DNA from: Desulfobacterales bacterium
Lineage (GTDB): Bacteria > Desulfobacterota > Desulfobacteria > Desulfobacterales > UBA2245
Reading direction: 5' to 3'
NCBI GenBank assembly: GCA_040771865.1
Contig: JAXGZF010000004.1
Span: forward strand, 289,916-353,915
DNA: 64,000 bases
The position numbers and the translations under genes were made by a program. The notes beneath the pieces are model-generated. The model made no database searches. It worked only from the letters and a program-made list of their open reading frames with translations, and was not told the origin of the DNA. Numbering within the stretch: the stretch's first letter is position 1; every line of letters begins with the position of its first letter. Positions 9,963 to 20,606 of this stretch are shown here, piece after piece.

Positions 9963-12107
9963 ATGATCCGCATCAACGACATTATCGATAAAATGCTTGA
10001 ATATACCTCCGAGGCTGATCTGGGTATCGTTGAACGGGCCTATATCTATTCCGCCCGCGTTCACGAGGGGCAGGTGCGGTTGTCCGGCGAGCCGTATCTC
10101 TCGCATCCGCTGGAGGTGGCCGGTATTCTTGCCGATATGAGACTCGATGCGGTCAGCGTTGCTTCGGCCCTGCTTCACGATGTGATCGAGGATACGCATA
10201 CCACCGAGGAAAATATCCGGGAGATGTTTGGTCCTGAAGTGGCGCACATTGTATCCGGGGTCACCAAGCTCAGCGCGCTGCCTTATGACAGTGCGCAGGC
10301 GCGGGAGGCTGAAAGCATTCGAAAGATGCTTCTGGCGATGGCGGACGACATACGGGTGGTTCTGATCAAACTCGCCGACCGTCTGCACAACATGCGGACA
10401 CTTCAGTTTCATAAAAGTGCCGGCAAACAGCGCAGGATCGCCCGGGAGACGCTTGACATCTATGCCTCCATCGCGGCTCGGCTCGGGATTTACTGGATCA
10501 AGAACGAGCTGGAGGATCTCTCTTTCAAATATATCCTTCCGGAAGATTATGAAAGAATCAAAAACCTGGTCAGCAAGGATCAGGTGGAACGCGAAGAGTT
10601 TGTCGAAACCGTCAAGCACTACATCAAGAAAAAGATGGATGAAAACCATCTGCAATGCGAAGTCCTGGGTAGATACAAACGCTATTACAGCATTTTTCAG
10701 AAGATGCAGAAGCAGAATCTTGCTTTTGAGGATGTCTATGACATCATTGCATTTCGAATCATTTTAAACACCATTTCACAATGCTATGAAGCCCTCGGCC
10801 TGCTGCATTCCCTCTGGAAGCCGGTTCCTCATAAATTCAAGGATTATATCGGCATGCCCAAGCCCAACATGTATCAATCCCTGCACACCACCGTCATCGG
10901 ACCGGCCGGCGAGCGAATCGAGATTCAGATTCGTACCCATGAAATGGACCGGGTGGCCAAGTCTGGAATTGCGGCTCACTGGAGTTATAAAGAAGGCGGG
11001 AAGGCCGATCAGGGTATGACAAAGACCTTTGCATGGCTTCAGACGCTGATCGAAAATCAGGAGAACATCAAGGACCCGAAGGAATTTCTCGAAAATGTCC
11101 GGATCGATCTGTTCCCCGATGAGGTTTATGTTTTTACCCCCCGGGGTGAGATCAGGTCGCTTCCCAGGGGCGCTACTCCGGTGGATTTTGCCTATATGAT
11201 TCATTCGGAAGTGGGCCATCAGTGCGTGGGGGCCAAGGTCAACAACCGTATGGTGCCTTTGCAGTACAAGCTTGGAACCGGCGATGTGATTGAGATTACG
11301 ACCGCCAAAGGTCATCGACCCAGCAAAGACTGGCTGAATTTTGTTAAAACCATCAAGGCGCGTTCCCGTATCCGCCAATGGATCAAGACCCAGGAAAAAG
11401 ACCGCAGCGTCAGCCTCGGCAGGGAGATGTGCGAGAAGGCGTTTCGTAAGCACAAGCTGAATTTCAATACGCTCTCGAAATCCGAACAGATGGATAGGGT
11501 GGTCGAGGAATTCGGTTTCAAGACGATGGACGACCTGATCGCCAGTGTAGGATACGGCAAGATTACACCGCTTCAGATCGTCCGAAAGTTCAGCCAGAAA
11601 CCCGATGCCGAACCGGAACCGTCTCCTGTTTCACGAATCATGGAGCGTGAAGACAGGAAAAAACACAGAACCGGGGTCGTCGTCAAAGGTGTGGATGATA
11701 TTCTGATCCGTTACGGGAAGTGCTGCCAGCCGGTTCCCGGAGATTCGATTATCGGGTACATCACACGGGGGCACGGAGTGACCGTGCACCGCACCTCATG
11801 CATAAATGCGCTGAAGATGAATCCGGAAAGGCAGATTGAGGTGGAATGGCCGGATGAGATTTCCGCGACGTATCCGGTGAAAATTCATATTCGAGCTTTT
11901 GACCGGGTCGGGCTGCTGGCGGATGTTGCCGCCAGTATCAGCAAGAGTGGCGCAAACATCATCAGCGTCGACACCGAAACCCGGTCAAAGGAAATGGCTT
12001 ATCTGAATTTCACCCTTTCGGTGAATGACACCGAGCATCTGAACAGTGTGATTTCGGCTGTCAAGGGGGTCAAATTCGTTCAGGAGGTCAGCCGTATCGA
12101 AGGCTAG
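9963..12107 (+). CDS. rel: Bifunctional (p)ppGpp synthetase/hydrolase (RelA/SpoT homolog)
   Basis: 714-aa ORF. The HD hydrolase domain has HPLEVA...LLHDVIEDT. The synthetase domain has [21 protein letters not shown] ([22 protein letters not shown]) and C-terminal ACT regions follow. Confidence 0.93.
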   Translation: MIRINDIIDKMLEYTSEADLGIVERAYIYSARVHEGQVRLSGEPYLSHPLEVAGILADMRLDAVSVASALLHDVIEDTHTTEENIREMFGPEVAHIVSGVTKLSALPYDSAQAREAESIRKMLLAMADDIRVVLIKLADRLHNMRTLQFHKSAGKQRRIARETLDIYASIAARLGIYWIKNELEDLSFKYILPEDYERIKNLVSKDQVEREEFVETVKHYIKKKMDENHLQCEVLGRYKRYYSIFQKMQKQNLAFEDVYDIIAFRIILNTISQCYEALGLLHSLWKPVPHKFKDYIGMPKPNMYQSLHTTVIGPAGERIEIQIRTHEMDRVAKSGIAAHWSYKEGGKADQGMTKTFAWLQTLIENQENIKDPKEFLENVRIDLFPDEVYVFTPRGEIRSLPRGATPVDFAYMIHSEVGHQCVGAKVNNRMVPLQYKLGTGDVIEITTAKGHRPSKDWLNFVKTIKARSRIRQWIKTQEKDRSVSLGREMCEKAFRKHKLNFNTLSKSEQMDRVVEEFGFKTMDDLIASVGYGKITPLQIVRKFSQKPDAEPEPSPVSRIMEREDRKKHRTGVVVKGVDDILIRYGKCCQPVPGDSIIGYITRGHGVTVHRTSCINALKMNPERQIEVEWPDEISATYPVKIHIRAFDRVGLLADVAASISKSGANIISVDTETRSKEMAYLNFTLSVNDTEHLNSVISAVKGVKFVQEVSRIEG

Positions 12108-12298
12108 GCTGCTTTAATAACGCTTCCTGACTTGATGCAGTTGGTGCAAACGGTCATTTTTTTCACCTGCCCGTTTTTTTGAAGTACGCGGACATGCTGC
12201 AGATTCGGATTAAAACGCCGTTTGGTTACATTGTGGGCATGGCTGACGTTGCTGCCGACCATGGGCTTTTTGCCGCAGATTTCGCATATTTTAGACAT
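12104..12298 (-). CDS. rpmB: 50S ribosomal protein L28
   Basis: The internal ATG at 12298 gives [34 protein letters not shown]..., the canonical L28 sequence. Its stop overlaps the rel stop by 4 nt (convergent genes). Confidence 0.9.
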   Translation of the reverse strand: MSKICEICGKKPMVGSNVSHAHNVTKRRFNPNLQHVRVLQKNGQVKKMTVCTNCIKSGSVIKAA

Positions 12299-12413
12299 CG
12301 TTGATCTCTCTCCCGTTGGTTTCAATATTCAAACAGTGTGCGCTTGTACATCAAATTTCCGAAGGTGTAAAGAAACTTTTTAAATCAGACGGTTTTTCCG
12401 GACCGTCCCACCT

Positions 12414-13121
12414 TTATTGAACGCCGCTCAAACCTTCTTTGTTCTGGCCCTGCATTGTCACAACCGAGTCTGTCGGCGTGTCGGGCATCATTGCCTCGCA
12501 CCGGGCGATGTATCCCATGGCCTCTTTATGAATGCCCACATCCGGGTATTCGGTCAGCACGGTTTTGAAACGGCTCAGGGCTGCTTTGTAATGTTTTGAT
12601 TTAAAATAAAAGACCCCCACATAGAATTCGTGCCCGGCGAGGCTGCTGTTGCACTTGAAAATATTGGCCTCAGCCTTTAGGGCATACGGATCATTCGAAT
12701 AGGTTTTCTTCAGGCGCTGAAAGCTTTCCAGGGCCTTTCTGGCCGTGGTCTGATCCCGGTCCACCGTATCGATGCGCTCAAAATTGCACAGACCGATCTG
12801 GTAGACGACGTAGGGCATGGCATCATTCTTCGGGTGCAAATTTTCGAATTCTTCATAGGCGAAAATGGCATCCTCGTATTCCTTCAGATAATAATGGGAA
12901 TCGGCAATCTTGAGTTCAGCCAGAATGGCGAACTTGCTGAAAGGATACCAGTCTTTGAGCTTCTGAAAATGTTCGATGGCTTCCCGGTAATCGCCCTGGG
13001 AAAAGGCTTCCATGCCGAGGCTTGCCAGCTGGTCGGAGGATCTTTCGGTCTTGGAACCGAACCAGGCGCAACCCCAACCTGAAAGGCAAAACAAAAGACA
13101 AACGACAATGATCTTTTTCAT
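12414..13121 (-). CDS. bamD: Outer membrane protein assembly factor BamD-like TPR lipoprotein
   Basis: 235-aa ORF with a signal peptide ending ...LSGWGC. TPR-like repeats are visible (YREAIEHFQKL, YEDAIFAYEEF, YKAALSRFKTVL). Size and architecture fit BamD/YfiO. Confidence 0.65.
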   Translation of the reverse strand: MKKIIVVCLLFCLSGWGCAWFGSKTERSSDQLASLGMEAFSQGDYREAIEHFQKLKDWYPFSKFAILAELKIADSHYYLKEYEDAIFAYEEFENLHPKNDAMPYVVYQIGLCNFERIDTVDRDQTTARKALESFQRLKKTYSNDPYALKAEANIFKCNSSLAGHEFYVGVFYFKSKHYKAALSRFKTVLTEYPDVGIHKEAMGYIARCEAMMPDTPTDSVVTMQGQNKEGLSGVQ

Positions 13122-13124
13122 AAT

Positions 13125-14048
13125 TTATAAACTCTCAATGTAGTGGGCTGCCGAAGTGGCGGCAATGGCGCCGTCGCCGACAGCCGTCGCCACCTGGCGC
13201 AAAGGAGTGTTTCGAACGTCTCCGGCGGCAAAAACGCCCGGCGCCGAGGTTTCCATGCGGGCGTTGGCTACGATAAAACCGGAATCGTCAAGTTTCAGGG
13301 AATTTTCTAGAAATCCGGTGTTTGGCTGGATGCCGACCCAGATAAAGCATCCTTCGACGTCCAGTTGCCGCATCTCGCCGGTTTTTAAATTGTTAACGAA
13401 CACTTTTTCCAGGTTAAACAAGCCGTCAAATCCGGTAACCACCGAATTCCAGATAAATTCTATCTGGTTATTGGAAAAAGCGCGTTCCTGCAAGATCTTG
13501 GTGGCGCGGAGCTGATCCCTTCGATGAATCAGATAAACCTTCTTAACGAATTTGGTCAGATACAAACTTTCCTGAACGGCCGTATCTCCGCCGCCGACCG
13601 CCGCTACCACGGCATCCTTGAAAAACGGCGCATCACAGGTTGCACAGGTTGAAATTCCCCTGCCTAAAAAATTTTCTTCCTTATCGGCGCCGAGCTTTTT
13701 GGGTGAGGCTCCGGTTGCAATGATCACGGTGCGGGCGGTTATGGTTGTCTTTTCGAGCACTATTTTTTTGACCGGTCCGGAAAGGTCCAGGGAAGCCACC
13801 TCGCCGGTTTCAATCTTCAGACCAAGGCCTTTGGCCTGTTCAATGAATTTTTCGACGAGATCAGCGCCGGGCAGGCCTTTGGGGAATCCCGGGTAGTTTT
13901 CGATCCAGTCGGTCACGATGATCTGGCCGCCGGGAACGAGCTTTTCAAGCATCAGAACGTTGAGACGCGCGCGAGCGGCATAAATCCCGGCGGTCAGTCC
14001 GGCCGGACCGCCGCCGATGATGACCAGATCGTAGTCAGCGGTGTTCAT
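13125..14048 (-). CDS. trxB: Thioredoxin-disulfide reductase
   Basis: 307-aa ORF with the FAD motif IIGGGPAG, the redox-active CATCD, the NADPH motif GGGDTA and the C-terminal GDV...QVATAVGDG. Confidence 0.93.
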   Translation of the reverse strand: MNTADYDLVIIGGGPAGLTAGIYAARARLNVLMLEKLVPGGQIIVTDWIENYPGFPKGLPGADLVEKFIEQAKGLGLKIETGEVASLDLSGPVKKIVLEKTTITARTVIIATGASPKKLGADKEENFLGRGISTCATCDAPFFKDAVVAAVGGGDTAVQESLYLTKFVKKVYLIHRRDQLRATKILQERAFSNNQIEFIWNSVVTGFDGLFNLEKVFVNNLKTGEMRQLDVEGCFIWVGIQPNTGFLENSLKLDDSGFIVANARMETSAPGVFAAGDVRNTPLRQVATAVGDGAIAATSAAHYIESL

Positions 14049-14059
14049 CTTTTCAATTC

Positions 14060-14383
14060 CTAAACCAGCTTTTTCAGGGATTCTTCAATCTTGTCCTTTG
14101 GCACCATGCCCCGGACCTGGTCCACCAGGTCGCCACCCTTGAAGAAAAGCAGTGTGGGGATGGCCTTGATGCCGTATTTCCCGGGAGTTGCGGGATTTTC
14201 ATCCACATTGCATTTGGTGATTTTTATTCGGCCGCCGTATTCCGTCGCCAATTCCTCGATCGCCGGGGCAATGGCCTTGCAAGGCCCGCACCAGGGCGCC
14301 CAAAAGTCCACCAGAACCGGTTTGTCGGATTTCAGGACCTCGGTTTCGAAATTGCTGTCGTTGACTTCCTTTGCATTTGACAT
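14060..14383 (-). CDS. trxA: Thioredoxin
   Basis: 107-aa ORF with the WCGPC active site and a typical thioredoxin length. It lies immediately upstream of trxB in the same operon. Confidence 0.93.
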   Translation of the reverse strand: MSNAKEVNDSNFETEVLKSDKPVLVDFWAPWCGPCKAIAPAIEELATEYGGRIKITKCNVDENPATPGKYGIKAIPTLLFFKGGDLVDQVRGMVPKDKIEESLKKLV

Positions 14384-14855
14384 AACGATTCCTTTCTTTG
14401 GGCCGTTAAATTATGATCGGTTACGGGTTGCCGGCCAAGGCCGGATGTCTTCTGATTTCAACCGTCAACCGAAAATCTGAACTGAAAACGAGTTTGTCGC
14501 ATAATAGTGACGCGGATTGACTTTGTCAAAATGGATGTTCCTGAAGCAAAACGACATAAAATCCGGTTGAGCTCGATAAAAGACCATTGTGAAATACCAA
14601 TGGATTGCGTAATGGTTTATATAAAATGTCCGGGCGACTGTCAATGCTTTGTAAAAATGACCTTCGGTGATTACATGCAGATCAGAGTGGACGTTATTCA
14701 ACGTGAAGCATGATGCGGGCCATTGTTCTTAAAACGTCTTGCACAATGCCCTTTCAGCGGCTATTGTGCATCTGGCACCGCAGAGAATCAGGGCGCATCC
14801 GGCCGGTGTCCGATCCGCCGTCTTTTCGTGACCGGCATCCAATTTTTCCTGACGG

Positions 14856-16922
14856 GTGAATGATATGTCCAGAAATTTTCATTCGATTTATTCTCACGGT
14901 TTCCTGCGCGTGACGGTAGCCGTTCCGAATGTTCGCGTGGCGGACTGCGCCTACAACGTTGAGCGCGCTTTGCAACTGGCCCGCCGCGCTTCCGAGAGCC
15001 ACGCGGCGATCGCGCTTTTTCCGGAACTGTGCATTTCGGCCTATTCCAACGAGGACCTGTTTCATCAGGACGCACTTTTGGATGCCGTTCTGTCCGCACT
15101 GTCTTTTCTGATTCAGGAAAGCCGCACCCTTTCACCCGTGCTTCTCGTGGGCGCTCCGCTCAGATTCGAGGAAAAACTATTCAACTGCGCCCTCGTGATT
15201 TACCGGGGCCGAGTGCTTGGAATCGTTCCCAAGACCTATATTCCCAATTATCGGGAGTTTTACGAGAAGCGGCAGTTTACCTCGGGACGGGATGCCGTTG
15301 GAAAGGAAGTGCAATTCCTGGGAGAAACCGTTCCCTTCGGAAATGACCTGATTTTTCAGGCGTCCAACATGCCGGGTTTTGCCCTTCATGTGGAAATATG
15401 CGAGGACATCTGGACCCCGATTCCGCCGAGCACCTTTGGCGCGCTCGCCGGCGCAACGATTCTTGCCAATCTTTCGGCCAGCAATATTACTGTGGGAAAG
15501 ACGGACTACCGGAAAGTGCTGTGCGCCTCGCAGTCGGCCAAGTGTATTTCGGCCTATCTTTATTCCGCCGCCGGGCCGGGAGAATCCACCACGGATCTGG
15601 CCTGGGACGGATACGCCGTCATTTATGAAAACAACGACCGGCTGGCGGAATCTCAGCGGTTTGCCGGAGAGGAACAGCTGATTGCGGCGGACATCGATCT
15701 GGATCGACTGGTGCAGGAACGCATGCGCCTGACCAGTTTCAACGATTCGGCCGGCGAGCACCGCCGGCGGCTTGCCCGTATGCGGCGCGTTTTGTTTGAA
15801 TTTCAGATTCCAGAGTCAAGCGTGGGGTTGATGCGTCGCGTGCCCCGTTTTCCGTATGTGCCCAGCGAGGCCGCGGTGCTCGACGAGCGCTGCTTCGAGG
15901 TTTACAATATTCAGGTCCACAGCCTGATGAAACGCCTTTCCGCAGTTGGTTTAAAGCATCTGGTCATCGGCATTTCCGGCGGGCTGGATTCCACCCAGTC
16001 GCTGATCGTCGCCGCTAAAACCATGGACCGGCTGGGGCTTCCCCGGACGAATATTCTGGGATACACCTTGCCGGGATTCGCTACCAGCGCGATTACGAAC
16101 CAGAATGCCCACCGGCTGATGAACAGCCTTGGCGTTACGGCGGACGAAATCGACATCCGCCCTTCCTGCATGCAGATGTTCCGGGATATCGGACACCCCT
16201 ATGCCGAGGGCGAACCGGTCTACGATATTACCTTTGAAAACGTTCAGGCCGGGGAAAGAACCTCCCATCTGTTCCGCCTGGCGAACCTGAATCATGCCAT
16301 CGTGCTGGGCACCGGCGACCTGAGCGAACTGGCCCTGGGCTGGACAACCTACGGGGTAGGCGACCAGATGTCGCATTACAATGTCAACGCCTCTGTGCCT
16401 AAGACCCTGATTCAGCACCTGATTCGATGGATCATTCGAACCGGCCAGTTTGACGAGGATACCGGCAGGGTGCTTCAGTCCATTGTGGACACCGAGATAT
16501 CCCCCGAACTGATTCCGGATGAAAACGGCGCCTGCGACAGGCCGGCACAGCGGACGGAGTCGGTGATCGGGCCTTACGAGCTTCAGGATTTCAATCTGTA
16601 TTATATCCTTCGATTCGGGTTCAGGCCAAGCAAGGTGGCGTTTCTGGCGCAGCATGCGTGGGGTGATAAATCAATCGGTTCCTGGCCGGAATTTCTGCCC
16701 GCGGACAAGCGCAACGAATATGATCTGACAGCCATCAAGAAATGGCTTGAGGTTTTTCTCTATCGGTTTTTCAAGATCAGCCAGTTCAAACGAACGGCCA
16801 TGCCCAATGGCCCCAAGGTGGGATCGGGCGGCTCGCTTTCTCCGCGCAGCGACTGGCGTGCGCCAAGCGATTCCGAGGCTATTGTGTGGCTGGACGAATT
16901 ACGGAACAATGTGCCCGAATAG
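14856..16922 (+). CDS. nadE: Glutamine-dependent NAD+ synthetase (long form: CN-hydrolase domain + NAD synthetase domain)
   Basis: 688-aa ORF. The N-terminal nitrilase-like domain contains FPELCISAY and EICEDIW. The C-terminal ATP-PPase domain has the GISGGLDS P-loop. Confidence 0.9.
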   Translation: MNDMSRNFHSIYSHGFLRVTVAVPNVRVADCAYNVERALQLARRASESHAAIALFPELCISAYSNEDLFHQDALLDAVLSALSFLIQESRTLSPVLLVGAPLRFEEKLFNCALVIYRGRVLGIVPKTYIPNYREFYEKRQFTSGRDAVGKEVQFLGETVPFGNDLIFQASNMPGFALHVEICEDIWTPIPPSTFGALAGATILANLSASNITVGKTDYRKVLCASQSAKCISAYLYSAAGPGESTTDLAWDGYAVIYENNDRLAESQRFAGEEQLIAADIDLDRLVQERMRLTSFNDSAGEHRRRLARMRRVLFEFQIPESSVGLMRRVPRFPYVPSEAAVLDERCFEVYNIQVHSLMKRLSAVGLKHLVIGISGGLDSTQSLIVAAKTMDRLGLPRTNILGYTLPGFATSAITNQNAHRLMNSLGVTADEIDIRPSCMQMFRDIGHPYAEGEPVYDITFENVQAGERTSHLFRLANLNHAIVLGTGDLSELALGWTTYGVGDQMSHYNVNASVPKTLIQHLIRWIIRTGQFDEDTGRVLQSIVDTEISPELIPDENGACDRPAQRTESVIGPYELQDFNLYYILRFGFRPSKVAFLAQHAWGDKSIGSWPEFLPADKRNEYDLTAIKKWLEVFLYRFFKISQFKRTAMPNGPKVGSGGSLSPRSDWRAPSDSEAIVWLDELRNNVPE

Positions 16923-17197
16923 TCGTTGAGGAGTTGATGGATATCATTTTTTCGGATAAAGTTGTAATTCGGCTCTCAGAGATGGACTGCTGTGTTTAAA
17001 CCGCTTCTTCAGTGCCCGGTTTCGGCGTTTTTTGAGAACCAATGCAAGCATGATGATCTCTTTAAAATTGAAAAACAAAATTTCAGACGTTTTAAATTAT
17101 CGATGCCCTCCACCACCGGAGCATATACTCGGGGTGGCGGAGAGCATGCGGGGAAGATCGGTTGCAGGGACTGAAATCATGGCAAAAAGCGAGCAGA

Positions 17198-17401
17198 TCA
17201 CTCCGCCTTTTCTTCTTTGCTGGTTTCAAGGTACATTACCTCGGCGCCGACCGCTTTGGCGATCTGCTCAATCTCCTGCTTCCGGATATGCTCGACGTAG
17301 AGTTTCAGATCTGCGCCGCAGACGCCGATCACCCGGAACCGGGGTTTTTTTTCACCCTTTTCAACCTTGCGACGTTCACGAACAAAAATTTTTGCACTCA
17401 T
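17198..17401 (-). CDS. Small conserved basic/acidic protein, paralog A (67 aa), function unknown
   Basis: MSAKIFVRERRKVEKGEKKPRF... aligns without gaps to the 71-aa ORF at 28500..28715, with 38 of the first 58 positions identical by manual count. Conservation of a paralog pair argues that it is a real gene. Confidence 0.55.
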   Translation of the reverse strand: MSAKIFVRERRKVEKGEKKPRFRVIGVCGADLKLYVEHIRKQEIEQIAKAVGAEVMYLETSKEEKAE

Positions 17402-17509
17402 GACGCTCTCCTTTCTTCAAAAATGGATTAAGATTACCGGCTTTTCAACGAAAGCCATTGGCCCGTGTTTCATCAATTGATCTGGATGAAACCAAATTTG
17501 TATATTTAT

Positions 17510-17534
17510 ACATATATCCTCCAAGGATATATGT
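17510..17534. promoter_or_regulatory. Perfect 10-bp inverted repeat with 5-bp spacer (ACATATATCC-TCCAA-GGATATATGT), candidate PadR operator
   Basis: Read directly from the sequence. It lies 8 nt upstream of the padR-like ATG (17542), in the divergent intergenic region shared with the small-protein gene. Confidence 0.45.
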
Positions 17535-17541
17535 CAACATT

Positions 17542-17931
17542 ATGAATCAAAAAAATACAAAAGATCCCGGCTCAGGCAAAAGGCAACGTTATATTCAGCC
17601 GTCAATTCTGATGAGTCTGAAATTAAAGTCTTCCTATGGGTACGAATTAATTCAGGAAATTCAAAAACTGGGGTTTGTGGAAGGTTCGGCGCCTCCGGGC
17701 ATGATCTACCGGCACCTTCGGCAGCTGGAGGAAGAAGGCATGGTCTGCTCCGAATGGCATACCGAAGGCGCAGGGCCGGCCAAGCGGATCTACCGCCTGA
17801 CTCCGGAAGGCGATGACCTGCTATATTCCTGGATTCAGTACATGGAGGATCAGGCCCGAAAACTTAAAGAATTTGCCGAAGTGTACTATCGTGTAGCGGG
17901 CCGGGAAGGTAAAGGCCACCCGACTGAATAG
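17542..17931 (+). CDS. PadR family transcriptional regulator
   Basis: The internal start at 17542 gives MNQKNTK...RYIQPSILMSLKLKSSYGYELIQEIQKLGF...PGMIYRHLRQLEEEGMV...KRIYRLTPEG, the typical PadR winged-helix pattern. The longer ORF start at 17458 would translate the palindrome. Confidence 0.8.
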   Translation: MNQKNTKDPGSGKRQRYIQPSILMSLKLKSSYGYELIQEIQKLGFVEGSAPPGMIYRHLRQLEEEGMVCSEWHTEGAGPAKRIYRLTPEGDDLLYSWIQYMEDQARKLKEFAEVYYRVAGREGKGHPTE

Positions 17932-18575
17932 GGGGGATGAAGACTGCAAGCAGGCTGTTTTCGAGACTGCATTTTAACACTCCCGTTATTTTTTCCTTCG
18001 GAGTCTGTTTTTTGAATCACCTTGCGTTCCCGCAGTGGGATGAAACAGCCTGTTTGAATGCCATTATGGTGCACATTGGCGATCACATTTTCAATGAAAA
18101 CCCAACCCCACCCTATTCATGCAAGCATGAAAAGCCCGTTTAACCCCACCCTTCCATTCGGAGAGTCGAAACATTTGTCCGCATCTGTCAGCATCGAATA
18201 CTGATGTATGCTTTCCTGCCGAATAGCATTCCAGAAATACCTTCCAACAACAGACACATCACCCATTCTTTCAAACGGTTCAGAAAAATTTCTGAGTATT
18301 CCGACTCTATTTGCCCAACAGTGAGCCTGATTTCACCGGAACATTCAATGGATGATAATTTCAAGTCATTATTGGTAATTTAGGGTATTTTTAAAACTTT
18401 GCATTGACACGGATGATCATATAAGTTTAAAAAAACACGAATATCGGCATGTATTGATGGCGTGTCCGCTGCTATAGCCTTTCAGCCGAATTGAAAAAAC
18501 AGGCGGCATGTCATCCGCGAATGGGTTTGAACCCGAGACATCTAAACCGAAGATTTTGGTTTGCGGGAGGGAAAA

Positions 18576-20585
18576 ATGAGATTTTCGTGCAAGACAGGGG
18601 TGGCTTTGATTCTCGGATGGTTCCTGGCGTTTCCGGTGCCGGGTTTTTCGAAAACAGCGGAGGAGCAGCCGGAAGCCTACACTTTGGGAGAGGTGGTGGT
18701 CACCGGAGAGCGGGAAGGCGTCGAGGCTGTGGGAACGGTCCGGGAAATTACGGCTGAGGATATTCAGCGCAATGGGGCCAGAACACTGGACGAGGCCCTT
18801 GACCTCCTGCCGGGAATTCAGGTCCGCACAGGCAATGACGGAGTTCCCCGCGTCGATATGAGGGGCTTCCGTTCCAGGCACGTACTCCTGCTGCTCGACG
18901 GCATTCCCTTCAACTCCACTTCCGACGGTCAGTTCGACCCGACGATGATTCCCACGGAAAATATCGCCAGGATCAAGATTTCATACGGAAACCATTCGGT
19001 GCTTTACGGAGAGGGCGGACTCGGCGGAGTCATCAACATCATCACCAAGAAGGGGACCGAAGGCATTCAGGGAAAGGTGTCGGGCGAAGCCTCCGAACGC
19101 AACAAATGGCTGGGCCGTTTCAACCTTTCCGGGGCAAAAGATTCGGTGGATTTCTTTCTCGGCGGCAGCCTGATGGAATCGGACGGGTACCGGCTGTCGG
19201 ATGATTTTGAAGAGACGCCCTATGAGGACGGGGGACTGAGGGAAAACAGCGACCGGAAATACGGAAATCTGTTTGCGAATTTAGGTTACAAGGCCACGGA
19301 CAGCCTGTCGCTGGGTCTTGTGTACAATTACCTGAAGGGCGAATATGGCAAGCCGCCGTCGACCATCGACAAGGCCATGGATCCGGTTTTTGCCAAGAAC
19401 CTCAAGTATGAGCGGGTGGATGACGTCGAAGGAAACAGCGGCCAAGTATCTTTCAACTGGGATAACGGATCGCCTTTGAGTCTGCGGGGTTGGGCATATG
19501 CCAACCAGCAGGACGAGGAAACCAACCGTTACGATGACGACCGGTACAACAGCCAGAAAGCCAAGGGCGCATTTCACGAGGAAGCCAGAACGACCATCTC
19601 CGGGGCGAACCTTCAGAGCGGATGGGACATGGGTTCGGCCGGAAGGCTGACGATGGGGCTCTCCCTGGCCGGTCAGGAATTTGAATCCTCCGGATATGAA
19701 ATTCTGGATAAAAAGGGAACCAAAGGGGTTTTGGCGCTGGATAAAGAGCTCGATACTTATTCCTTAGCTCTGGAATACGAGGTCAATCCGCTGGATTCGC
19801 TTGGAATCACGATCGGGTACGGGCATCACTGGCTCAACAAGGAGGAAGGCAACGACGACGATGACGGATCATTCCTGATCGGCGCCTACTATGATCTTTT
19901 GAAGGATACAAGGCTTCGGGCATCCGTTGCCAGAAAAATTCGTTTTCCGTCCATCAAGCAGCTTTACGATGCGCCCAACGGCGGCAACATCGATCTGACT
20001 ACGGAAAGGTCGATGAATTACGAACTGGGCATCGAGCAGAATCTGCCGATGAACAGCCGGCTGACGCTGACCGGATTCTGGATCGATGTGGATGATTATA
20101 TTGAAAAAAACATTTACGCATCGGATCTCTATGAGAACTACGAAGAATACCGCTTCAAGGGGTTTGAGCTGACGGCGGAAACCCGCTTCATCGAGAACCT
20201 CATGCTCAGGGCCGGATATACCTATATGGAGACGGAGGACCGTTCGGAAGGTACTTTAAAGGACGAACTTCAGTACCGCCCGGAACATAAGATCTCGCTG
20301 GAGGCAGGCTATGATTTTGATTTCGGTCTGTCGGTTTATGCGGCCCTGCTGTATGTGACCGACCAGTATTTTTATTCCGAGGAGGCTACAGTAACACCGC
20401 CGGATAACAAAAAGGCGCTCAACGACTATACCGTGGTGAACCTCAGGCTCAATCAGAAGCTGTCGAGCAGCGGTGTGAGCCTGTACGCGGGAGCGGACAA
20501 TCTGTTTGACGAAGACTACGAGGAAAGCTACGGGTCCCCTCGGGAAGGACGGACGATGTATGCCGGAATTGAATTCGAGTTCTGA
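18576..20585 (+). CDS. TonB-dependent outer membrane receptor
   Basis: Has a signal peptide and a TonB-box/plug region (YTLGEVVVTGERE...EDIQRNGARTLDEALDLLPGIQV...MRGF). A long beta-barrel ends in the aromatic terminus ...YAGIEFEF. The start at 18576 is preceded by GGGAGGG. Confidence 0.88.
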   Translation: MRFSCKTGVALILGWFLAFPVPGFSKTAEEQPEAYTLGEVVVTGEREGVEAVGTVREITAEDIQRNGARTLDEALDLLPGIQVRTGNDGVPRVDMRGFRSRHVLLLLDGIPFNSTSDGQFDPTMIPTENIARIKISYGNHSVLYGEGGLGGVINIITKKGTEGIQGKVSGEASERNKWLGRFNLSGAKDSVDFFLGGSLMESDGYRLSDDFEETPYEDGGLRENSDRKYGNLFANLGYKATDSLSLGLVYNYLKGEYGKPPSTIDKAMDPVFAKNLKYERVDDVEGNSGQVSFNWDNGSPLSLRGWAYANQQDEETNRYDDDRYNSQKAKGAFHEEARTTISGANLQSGWDMGSAGRLTMGLSLAGQEFESSGYEILDKKGTKGVLALDKELDTYSLALEYEVNPLDSLGITIGYGHHWLNKEEGNDDDDGSFLIGAYYDLLKDTRLRASVARKIRFPSIKQLYDAPNGGNIDLTTERSMNYELGIEQNLPMNSRLTLTGFWIDVDDYIEKNIYASDLYENYEEYRFKGFELTAETRFIENLMLRAGYTYMETEDRSEGTLKDELQYRPEHKISLEAGYDFDFGLSVYAALLYVTDQYFYSEEATVTPPDNKKALNDYTVVNLRLNQKLSSSGVSLYAGADNLFDEDYEESYGSPREGRTMYAGIEFEF

Positions 20586-20606
20586 AGATCAATTTTCCGG
20601 AGGTTT

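Noticed and set aside
12104-12107. 4-nt overlap of the convergent rel and rpmB stop codons.
   Set aside because: It follows directly from the coordinates, but tail-to-tail overlaps of a few nucleotides are common and carry no special implication.
14740-14782. Inverted repeat TGCACAAT-N15-ATTGTGCA followed by TGGCAC upstream of nadE, considered as a sigma-54 promoter or operator.
   Set aside because: The TGGCAC is not followed by TTGC at the required N5 spacing (the sequence is TGGCACCGCAGAGAAT). The repeat alone is too weak to call.
17937-18143. 68-aa ORF immediately after the PadR gene.
   Set aside because: It has no RBS, no motif and unremarkable composition. It is probably non-coding leader or spacer DNA.
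18144-18575. Possible cobalamin riboswitch in the 430-nt region upstream of the TonB-dependent receptor.
   Set aside because: No B12-box-like element (AGYCMGGAGACCKGCC-type) and no conserved GCCACUG core are visible. An Rfam RF00174 scan would settle it.
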